From positions 62,001-126,000 of the forward strand of contig NIVC01001077.1 of assembly GCA_002269645.1 (NCBI GenBank): a stretch of DNA of 64,000 nucleotides, written 5' to 3'. A program made the position numbers and the translations under genes. Below are positions 46,917 to 57,888 of this stretch, one piece after another. Origin of the DNA: Macrostomum lignano (taxonomy: Eukaryota). The notes under the pieces were generated by a model that was given only the letters and a program-made list of their open reading frames with translations, ran no database searches and was not told the origin of the DNA. The number at the start of each line of letters is the position of its first letter. The stretch's first letter is position 1.

Positions 46917-49900
46917 ATGTTGGGCGCCGAATTCATCGACACAATCTCCAGCTGGGACATTCAGCACCAGGTCGGAGTTGAAGACTTCGCCGATCGCTGG
47001 AACTTCTTGTTCACTACCGGCGTGCTGATTATGTGCACCGTGATTGTCGCGGCCAGGCAGTACATTGTCGGCGAGCCAATCACCTGCTTCATACCTTCGC
47101 AGGTATCTGGATCCACATTCGAAGACTATATGGAGAATATCTGCTGGGTGCAAGGCACTTATCCTTTACCTGTCGACAGTCAGTTCTCAAATACGGAGGA
47201 GTTCTGGAAATCTCTGGCCAGCAAGAAGCTCAGTGAGTTCACAGTTTTCTATCAGTAGTGAGTAGTTTAATGACCGGGGCTTAGCACTAGTGCTTATTGG
47301 GCTTGATTTTATAGTGTGTGATCTATATAATGCATGTAACTAAGATACTGATGTAATGACCAATCAAAACCTAGGCTAATGACCAATCAAACACCTGGGC
47401 TAATGACCAATCAAACACCTGGGATAATGACCAATCATACACCTGGGATAATGACCAATCATACACCTGGGCTAATGACCAATCAAACACCTGGGCTAAC
47501 GACCAATCAGACACCTGGGCTAATGACCAATCATACACCTGGGCTAATGACCAATCAAACACCTGGGCTAATGACCGATCAAACACTTAGGCTAATGACC
47601 AAACGTACATCTAGGCTAATGTTTAATCATACACCTGACTAATGACCAATCATACAACTGGGCTAATGACCAATCGTACATCTAGGCTAATGTTTAATCA
47701 TACACCTGACTAATGACCAATCATACAACTGGGCTAATGACCAATCATACACCTGGGCTAATGACCAATCAAACACCTGGGCTAATGACCGATCAAACAC
47801 TTAGGCTAATGACCAAACGTACATCTAGGCTAATGTTTAATCATACACCTGACTAATGACCAATCATACAACTGGGCTAATGACCAATCGTACATCTAGG
47901 CTAATGTTTAATCATACACCTGACTAATGACCAATCATACAACTGGGCTAATGACCAATCATACACCTGGGCTAATGACCAATCAAACACCTGGGCTAAT
48001 GACCGATCAAACACTTAGGCTAATGACCAAACGTACATCTAGGCTAATGTTTAATCATACACCTGACTAATGACCAATCATACAACTGGGCTAATGACCA
48101 ATCGTACATCTAGGCTAATGTTTAATCATACACCTGACTAATGACCAATCATATACCTGGGCTAATGACCAATCAAACACCTGGGATAATGACCAATCAT
48201 ACACCTGGGCTAATGACCAATCATACACCTGGGCTAATGACCAATCAAACACCTGGGCTAACGACCAATCAGACACCTGGGCTAATGACCAATCAAACAC
48301 CTGGGCTAATGACCAATCAAACACCTGGGCTAATGACCGATCAAACACTTAGGCTAATGACCAAACGTACATCTAGGCTAATGTTTAATCATACACCTGA
48401 CTAATGACCAATCATACAACTGGGCTAATGACCAATCGTACATCTAGGCTAATGTTTAATCATACACCTGACTAATGACCAATCATACAACTGGGCTAAT
48501 GACCAATCATACACCTGGGCTAATGACCAATCAAACACCTGGGCTAATGACCGATCAAACACTTAGGCTAATGACCAAACGTACATCTAGGCTAATGTTT
48601 AATCATACACCTGACTAATGACCAATCATACAACTGGGCTAATGACCAATCGTACATCTAGGCTAATGTTTAATCATACACCTGACTAATGACCAATCAT
48701 ATACCTGGGCTAATGACCAATCAAACACCTGGGATAATGACCAATCATACACCTGGGCTAATGACCAATCATACACCTGGGCTAATGACCAATCAAACAC
48801 CTGTGCTAATGACCAATCAAACACCTGGGCTAATGACCAATCAAACACCTGGGCTAATGACCAATCATACACCTGGGCTAATGACCAATCATACACCTGG
48901 GCTAATGACCAATCATACACCTGGGCTAATGACCAATCAAACACCTGGGATAATGACCAATCATACACCTGGGCTAATGACCAATCAAACACCTGGGCTA
49001 ACGACCAATCAGACACCTGGGCTAATGACCAATCATACACCTGGGCTAATGACCAATCAAACACCTGGGCTAATGACCGATCAAACACTTAGGCTAATGA
49101 CCAAACGTACATCTAGGCTAATGTTTAACCATACACCTGGGCTAATGACCAATCATACACCTGGGCTAATGACCAAACGTACATCTAGGCTAATGTTTAA
49201 TCATACACCTGACTAATGACCAATCATACACCTGGGCTAATGACCAATCGTACATCTAGGCTAATGTTTAATCATACACCTGACTAATGACCAATCATAT
49301 ACCTGGGCTAATGACCAATCAAACACCTGGGATAATGACCAATCATACACCTGGGCTAATGACCAATCATACACCTGGGCTAATGACCAATCAAACACCT
49401 GTGCTAATGACCAATCAAACACCTGGGCTAATGACCAATCAAACACCTGGGCTAATGACCAATCATACACCTGGGCGAATGACCAATCAAACACCTGGGT
49501 TGATGACCAATCAAACACCTGGGCTAATGACCAATCAATCACCTAGGCTAATGTTAAATCATACAATAATCTAGGTTAATGAACAGTCAGGCATCAAGTG
49601 TCAATGACCCCACACTCGTCTGGGTCAAACACCTATTAAATACCTTTCTTAATACCCAAATTATACTCGAACACCTAAGGTACTAACTCATAAATCATTT
49701 TTCAAATGAACGAGAAGTTTTATAAATTAAGCAGCACTCTTAAGCAGCAATTAAGCAGTTTAGAATTTTGTTCGCATAAACAAGTTTAGAAATAGAATGA
49801 CATGATGGCACTCCAGGGGGGAGTTGCTTTCACCTGCCAGATCTGTAACTGTTGCTTTCAGCTTATTGCGTAATAACCTAACGATATCTACCAGGGCAGA

Positions 49901-52900
49901 CTGTGAAGAGTTTATTAAACACGTGGCTTTTATGCTCGGACGACGAGCGAGCGGCTTGGCTTTTAAGGATGCTAGAATTAAATTTTATGTGACTGACACA
50001 CGCTGTGACTCAAAAGCCGTGTTCAGACATACTTTTCGACCATAGTGCATGCCTGTGTACAGTATTGGCGCGCTTGTGTGTACTCAGAAGTCAACGGGAT
50101 GCGCAGAGTTGCCGTCAGCGCTGGTTGTGAGGCGATGTCGCTGAAGGCATAGGCCGCAAGCCCTCCTACAATTATGATTATCACCAAGTAGGCCTGACTG
50201 ATATGAATTAAGCAGTTTCAAATCGTCTTTCTCTCTCCGCCGCAGTGTACTACCAGTGGGTGCCGTTCATCCTTGGCCTGCAGACGATGCTGTTTTACCT
50301 GCCCCGTATTGTCTGGCTCGCCCTCGCTAGCCGGCGCTCCGGCGCCGATAGTCAGGCGCTGGTGGCGCGCGCCGCCGAGGCCGGCACCTCCGATGGGGAG
50401 GACCGCGAGAAAATCGTGCATCAGACTGCCGTTGACCTGGAACAGCTGCTGCTGCTGGCTAAAAGGTGCGCGGGCGCTTTGTTTGCTACTGTTAGTAGGC
50501 TGTGCAGTTTACTGCATATTTATCGCCCAATGAAAAAGTAAAAAAAGGTCACTGCACACGTGTCTGTGTATGTGATTGCAGCATTAAATACGAATTAATA
50601 ATTCTAGGATTTCCGCAAATAGGGATTCCAGTATTAACTAAGCATCAGAATCCCCAGATCCCAAATGGGGATTCCAGTATTAACTAAGCTTCAGAATCCC
50701 AGTTCCCAAATGAGGATTCCAATATTAAATAAGCATCAGAATCCCCAGATCCCAAATGGGGATTCATGTATTAACTAAGCATCAGAATCCCCAGATCCCA
50801 AATGGGATTGCAGTACTAATTAAGCATCAGAATCCCCAGATCCCAAATGAGGATTCCAATATTAACTAAGCATCAGAATCCCCAGATCCCAAATGGGGAT
50901 TTCAGTACTAACTAAGCATCAGAATCCCCAGATCCCAAATAAGGGATTCCAGTATTACGAGTAACTAAGCATCAGATTCCTCAGATCCCAAGTGAGGATC
51001 TATATTGAGCACAAGAGAGGATTAACTAATACCCACCCCGCTCGCAGATCCGAGCTGAGTCGCGGTGCTTTGAGCAAACTACTCGGTGCGGGCAAGCGTC
51101 TGAGCTCCGGACTCACAACTGGTTACCTGTTTGTGAAACTGCTCTACCTGGCTAATGGAATTGGGCAGCTCTATCTGATGCAGACTTTCCTGCGACTGGG
51201 AGCTAGCAACCACAGCAGCGTTCTCTATGGCGCTGAGATTCTGTCTAACATTGCCGCGGGCAGGGACTGGCGGTCCACCATGGTGTTTCCCAGGGTCACC
51301 TTCTGCAGGACGGAGTTCGCCATTTTTGGTGAGCAATGGGAGCTTGGAATTGGGGAGCTCGTCTGGGGCTGGGGGTCAGGGGTGGGGGTTGATCTAGGGG
51401 CTGGGGGTCTGGGGTGGGGGTTGATCTAGGGGGCTGGGGGTTAGGGAGCTTATCTAGGGGGCTGGGGGTCAGGGTGGGGGCTGATCTAGGGGGCTGGGGG
51501 TCAGGGTGGGGGGCTGATCTAGGGGGCTGGGGAGTTTGGGAGCTTATCTAGGGGGCTGGGGTCAGGGTGGGGGCTGATCTAGGGGGCTGGGGAGTTTGGG
51601 AGCTTATCTAGGGGGCTGGGGGTCAGGGTGGGGGGCTGATCTAGGGGGCTGGGGAGTTTGGGAGCTTATCTAGGGGGCTGGGGGTCAGGGTGGGGGCTGA
51701 TCTAGGGGGCTGGGGGGTTAGGGGGCTTATCTAGGGGCGGGGGGTCAGGGGTGACAGCTCATCTAGGGACTGGAGAGGCAGCTCATCTAGGGACTGGAGA
51801 GGCAGCTCATCTATGGACTTGGGAGGCAGCTCATCTAGGGACTGAAGAGGCAGCTCATCTAGGGACTGAAGAGGCAGCTCATCTAGGGACTGGAGAGGCA
51901 GCTCATCTAGTGACTTGGGAGGCAGCTTATCTAGGGACTGGAGAGGCAGCTCATCTAGGGACTGGAGAGACAGATCATCTAGGGACTGGAGAGGCAGCTC
52001 ATCTAGGGACTTGGGAGGCAGATTATCTAGGGACTGGAGAGGCAGCTCATCTAGGGACTGAAGAGGCAGCTCATCTAGGGACTTGGGAGGCAGCTTATCT
52101 AGGGACTGGAGAGGCAGCTCATCTAGGGACTGGAGAGGCAGCTCATCTATGGACTTGGGAGGCAGCTCGTCTAGGGACTGGAGAGGCAGCTCATCTAGGG
52201 ACTGGAGAGGCAGCTCATCTAGGGACTGAAGAGGCAGCTCATCTATGGACTTGGGAGGCAGCTTATCTAGGGACTGGAGAGGCAGCTCATCTAGGGACTG
52301 GAGAGGCAGCTCATCTATGGACTTGGAAGGCAGCTCATCTAGGGACTGGAGAGGCAGCTCATCTAGGGACTGGAGAGGCAGCTCATCTATGGACTTGGGA
52401 GGCAGCTCATCTAGGGACTGGAGAGGCAGCTCATCTAGGGACTGGAGAGGCAGCTCATCTAGGGACTGAAGAGGCAGCTCATCTATGGACTTGGGAGGCA
52501 GCTTATCTAGGGACTGGAGAGGCAGCTCATCTAGGGACTGGAGAGGCAGCTCATCTATGGACTTGGAAGGCAGCTCATCTAGGGACTGGAGAGGCAGCTC
52601 ATCTAGGGACTGGAGAGACAGCTCATCTAGGGACTGGAGAGGCAGCTCATCTAGGGACTGAAGAGGCAGCTCATCTAGGGACTGGAGAGACAGCTCATCT
52701 AGGGACTTGGGAGGCAGCTTATCTAGGGACTGGAGAGGCAGCTCATCTAGGGACTGGAGAGACAGATCATCTAGGGACTGGAGAGGCAGCTCATCTAGGG
52801 ACTTGGGAGGCAGATTATCTAGGGACTGGAGAGGCAGCTCATCTAGGGACTTGGGAGGCAGCTTATCTAGGGACTGGAGAGGCAGCTCATCTAGGGACTG

Positions 52901-53556
52901 GAGAGACAGATCATCTAGGGACTGGAGAGGCAGCTCATCTAGGGACTTGGGAGGCAGATTATCTAGGGACTGGAGAGGCAGCTCATCTAGGGACTGAAGA
53001 GGCAGCTCATCTAGGGACTGGAGAGGCAGCTCATCTAGGGACTGGAGAGGCACCTCATCTAGGGAGCTAACAGGTAGCCAGTTCGTGCTCATTGCCCTGA
53101 AACCCGGCTGCTAAGGAAAATCCCCCCTCACAATAATTGCAATCCAGGCGGAACGCAGAGGTACATCGCCCAGTGCGCGCTGCCGGTGAACATGCTGAAT
53201 GAGAAGATCTACATATTCCTGTGGTTCTGGATGGCGATAGGCCTGCTTATCACTGCCCTGTCAGTCCCAGCCTGGTTGCTCCGGGTGGCCAGCTGCCGCG
53301 GTCGGTCCCGCTACGTTCGCCGGCACCTGCAACTGCGCCAGGAGGGCCTCGCCGACAAACGCCTGGTCGGGGAATTCGTTGATCGATTCCTGCGCCACGA
53401 CGGTGTTTTCCTGTTGAAGATGATGCAGATGAATGTGGGAGACTTGGTGACGGGGATGTCACTCTGCACCTGTACCGCCTGTGGCTGCGGAAGCACCGCG
53501 AGAGGCTGGGAAGCTTCGACGAGGAGCTGTCACTGGCGTCTGGATCCTCGATTTGA
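46917..53556 (+). CDS. inx: Innexin (invertebrate gap-junction protein), with a probable 1-bp frameshift at 53452-53455
   Basis: Exons 46917-47232, 50246-50465, 51048-51328, 53148-53556 (GT-AG, phases 1,2,1). EDFADR, QYIVGEPITC, ENICWVQGTY, YYQWVPFIL, KLLYLAN, FPRVTFC, QCALPVNMLNEKIYIFLWFW, DGVFLL. Restoring one G gives GDLVTGDVTLHLYRLW..SI* ending at 53556; otherwise the frame runs to 53614. Confidence 0.92.
47355..49560. repeat. 24-bp minisatellite, ~90 copies, with higher-order blocks, in innexin intron 1
   Basis: Unit gctaatgaccaatca(a/t)acacctgg. Confidence 0.95.
50625..50990. repeat. ~42-bp minisatellite, ~8 copies, in innexin intron 2
   Basis: attaactaagcatcagaatccccagatcccaaatggggattccagt units. 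Confidence 0.9.
51355..53068. repeat. G-run array (51355-51750) followed by a 24-bp array (51751-53068) in innexin intron 3
   Basis: gatctagggggctggggg.. units, then cagctcatctagggactggagagg units. Confidence 0.93.
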
Positions 53557-53654
53557 TGTTGCGGAATTCATTTTTGCAACTCTAATTGATCAACATTGGT
53601 CTTTGTCCTGGTGAAATGTGCTCTTTGTGTATCTATTGGGGTTGGCATGCTCAT

Positions 53655-54790
53655 TCGGGATCTGGGATTTGGATTCTTTAATTGGGATCTGGGATTTGGA
53701 TTCTTTAATTGGGATCTGGGATTTGGATTCTTTAAAATTTGGGATTTGGGATCTGGGATTCGGTTTGATTGGCATCTGGGTTTTGGTTTAATTGGGATCC
53801 GGGATTTGGTTTAATTGGGATCTGGGATTTGGATTCTTTAATTGGGATCAGGGATTTGGTTTATTCGGGATCTGGGATTTGGTTTAATTGGGATCTGGGA
53901 TTTGGTTTAATTGGGATCTGGGATTTGGTTTAATTGGGATCCGGGATTTGGATTTTTTAATTGGGATCCGGGATTTGGATTCTTTAATTGGGATCTGGGA
54001 TTTGGATTCTTTAATTGGGATCTGGGATTTGGTTTCTTTAATTGGGATCTGGGATTTGGATTCTTTAATTGGGATCTGGGATTTGGTTTAATTGGGATCT
54101 GGGATTTGGTTTAATTGGGATCCGGGATTTGGATTCTTTAATTGGGATCCGGGATTTGGATTCTTTAATTGGGATCTGGGATTTGGATTCTTTAATTGGG
54201 ATCTGGGATTTGGTTTAATTGGGATCTGGGATTTGGTTTAATTGGGATCCGGGATTTGGATTCTTTAATTGGGATCTGGGATTTGGTTTAATTGGGATAT
54301 GGAATTTGGTTTATTGGAATCTGGGAATTGGATTCATTAATTGGGATCTGGGATTTGGTTTAATTGGGATCTGGGATTTGGTTTAATTGGGATCCGGGAT
54401 TTTGATTCTTTAATTGGGATCTGGGATTTGGATTCTTTAATTGGGATCTGGGATTTGGATTCTTTAATTGGGATCTGGGATTTGGATTCTTTAATTGGGA
54501 TCTGGGATTTGGTTTAATTGGGATCTGGGATTTGGTTTAATTGGGGTCTGGGAATTGGATTCTTTAATTGGGATCTGGGATTTGGTTTGATTGGGATCTG
54601 GGATTTGGTTTATTCGGGATCTGGGATTTGGTTTAATTGGGATCTGGGATTTGGTTTATTCGGGATCTGGGATTTGGTTTAATTGGGATCTGGGATTTGG
54701 TTTAATTGGGATCTGAGATTTGGATTCTTTAATTGGGATCTGAATTCGGATTCTTTAATTGGGATCTGAATTCGGATTCTTTAATTGGGA
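53655..54790. repeat. 21/27-bp minisatellite downstream of the innexin stop
   Basis: ttgggatctgggatttggtttaa and ttgggatctgggatttggattctttaa units. Confidence 0.93.
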
Positions 54791-55514
54791 TTCTGTATCT
54801 GGGATCTGTATCCTTCATGTGTAGTATCTTCCATTGTAAAATCAGGTAAAATCAGGAGAATTGCTTTCTCGGTTTTAACAAAAAACTATTCACTTGTATC
54901 GCATGCTTTTTTGTTTTATTTTAAGAAAAACGTCATCGTTTTACTAGTTGCAAGTTACTAATAGTAGCAAGTTCAGCTAATTTATAATTTTATGCTTTGA
55001 TCAATATATATAATCGTAATCTAAAATAATCTTATTGACTTTTAAATAAAATGAACCATGCTTCACTAAATCAATAGGCCATTAATAGGCTAAAATCAAC
55101 CTGTACAGCAGTACGCGCTCATATACATCTATTTTTTCTTTTAATTTCTTTGCAACCATCTACAAAATTATGTTTTACTGTTGGAGAGTCTCGACTGAGA
55201 TGATTGACAGGTTCAATAGACGCGCTGTGCTTTTTAAGAATCTCTTAAAGCACCTGTCCGTCTGTTTTGGCTTGGAAGATAACAGGCCTACTAGAGGGCG
55301 GAGGTCACACAAGCGGTGAGCCGTCTAGAGGTCAAAGTCTCAAATTTTATATATCATACTGAGTTCGCGGTCATTCATTTTTCCACTATTGTATTATTCC
55401 AATGCAATTCTGATCTGCACGGCTGTTTCACGTGTGGCACAAGATTGCCAGTGTTGCAAACAAGTAATGTTGTAATGTAGGAATCTCCCCATTCTCACTT
55501 TCACTTCTTCACTC

Positions 55515-56270
55515 TCCCAATGACCCTCATTCCCTTCTATGATCTTCACTCCCCTTCAAGACTCTCACGATCTCCCCATGACCCTCTCTCCCCCACGATC
55601 CTCTCTCCCTCATGACCCCTTCTCCCTAGGACTCACTCCCCATGACCCTCTCCCCCATGACCCTCTCTCCCCTTCATCAAGACTCTCACTCTCCCCATGA
55701 TCCCTTCTCCCCATGACCCTCTCTCCATGACCCCTTCTCCCTATGACCCAACTCTTTTCCTATGACCCTCTCTTCCTATGACCCACTCTCCGCATTACCC
55801 TCTCTCCATATTACCCTCTCTCCAGATTACCCTCTCTCCAGATTACCCTCTCTCCAGATTACCCTCTCTCCAGATTACCCTCTCTCCAGATTACCCTCTC
55901 TCCAGATTACCCTCTCTCCAGATGAACCTGTCTCCCCATGACCCTCTCCCCAAGACCCTCTCTCCCCCATGACCCTCTCCCTATAACCCTCTGTCCCCAT
56001 GACCTCTTTTCCTTATGACCCCCTCCCATGACCCTTTCTCCCCATGACCCTCTCCCCGAAGACCCTCTCTCCCTATGACCTTCCCCCCATGACTCTCAAT
56101 CTCTTAATGACCCTCTCTCTAGTGATCCTTCCCACTCTCCCTTCTCTCCCCTCTCCCCATTCTCTCCCCTCCCTTTCCCTTCATGACCTTTACCCTCCCA
56201 ATGACCCGATCCTCATGACCCTCACTCTCTTTATGACCCTTCTCTCCTATCTCTATGACCCTCACTACCT
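55515..56270. repeat. Pyrimidine-rich degenerate repeat (ccccatgaccctctctc / ccagattaccctctct)
   Basis: Directly visible between the convergent innexin and MCT genes. Confidence 0.8.
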
Positions 56271-56924
56271 ACCCTTTCATCACCATTACATGTGAACACC
56301 ATTCAATTTTATTAGATGAAGGTCAGCTCAGAGATTTTCTCATCTGACGAAATAACATGCAATAATTTTAAGAGCAAAGTTTCACACCGTTGCACTGAAT
56401 TGTGACGCAAAGTGTTTGTATACCATGGCTGATAGTGTATTTGGCTTCACCACCCTCCAGTCACTGCAATAGACTGCTGGCTACCTGCTATCTGTGTACG
56501 GGAAAAAAAAGATAGCTACAAAATGTAAAAAAGTCACTACAGTTGCTGCATGTAGTTCTTTTTCAAATCTGAAGCTCAAAAATCAGAGGCCGCCCAGGGG
56601 TCGAAGTCGCAATGCCACACCCCCAATAAGCGTCCGCTAGTCCTAATTCAACACTTTATTACTTTATAACCCCGATTCGTATCTCTTACATTGTTCAAAG
56701 TTAGTTGTAAATCGTAGGTATGTAAACAGTGCCACTTTTGTACCAGTAGTATAGATATCGATTCAACTTAATTGTAATTAATAGTAAAATATTTAATTCA
56801 ATGCTCTGTGCAGAATTTCTACTATTCGAGGCCTCGATGTGCTTTTAAGAAACAAAATGCAAATAAAAACCTAAAATAACTGAACTGTAAAATCGATTCA
56901 GTCTACTAGAATATCCCAACCCTG

Positions 56925-57672
56925 AAGTTTGATTCTCCACCACTGTAGCTTTGTCTTCTGCCCCTGAAGGTTGGTCTTCCACTCCTGACGTTTGATTCTC
57001 CGCCCCTAAAGGTTGGTCTTCCACTCCTGACGTTTGATTCTCCGCCCCTGAAGGTTGGTCTTCCACTCCTGACGTTTGATTCTCCGCCCCTGAAGGTTGG
57101 TCTTTCACTCCTGAAGTTTGATTCTCCGCCCCTGAAGGTTGGTCTTTCACTCCTGAAGTTTGGTTCTCCGCCCCTGAAGGTTGGTCTTTCACTCCTGAAG
57201 TTTGATTCTCCGCCCCTGAAGGTTGGTCTTTCACTCCTGAAGTTTGGTTCTCCGCCCCTGAAGGTTGGTCTTTCACTCCTGAAGTTTGATTCTCCGCCCC
57301 TGAAGGTTGGTCTTCCACTCCTGAAGTTTGATTCTCCGCCCCTGAAGGTTGGTCTTTCACTCCTGAAGTTTGATTATCCGCCCCTGAAGGTTGGTCTTTC
57401 ACTCCTGACGTTTGATTCTCCGCCCCTGAAGGTTGGTCTTTCACTCCTGAAGTTTGATTCTCCGCCCCTGAAGGTTGGTCTTTCACTCCTGAAGTTTGGT
57501 ATTCAACTCCTGAAGTTTGGTATTCAACTCCTGAAGTTTGGTATTCCACCCCTGAAGTTTGGTATTCCACCCCTGAAGTTTGGTATTCCACCCCTGAAGT
57601 TTGGTATTCCACCCCTGAAGTTTGGTATTCCACCCCTGAAGTTTGGTATTCCACTCCTGAAGTTTGGTCTTT
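56925..57672. repeat. 21-bp/42-bp minisatellite downstream of the MCT stop
   Basis: cccctgaagtttggtattcca monomers and 42-bp dimers; source of ORF 56845..57654. Confidence 0.92.
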
Positions 57673-57888
57673 CGCTCCTGTTACTGAATCAATATTTATG
57701 ATACTGCATTAACACATAGTCGGTGCAAACTTTACATTTTTCAATTTGCAGTGAAACTTCATACTATATTTGCAATCTGGCAAAAGTGCAAATTTGGCAA
57801 GGTTTCTTTAAACCGCAATCATATACTCGTACGCATTTAATATACTACGCATAGTAATTGGCCTATAAACTCGCTACAGTGTAATTAG

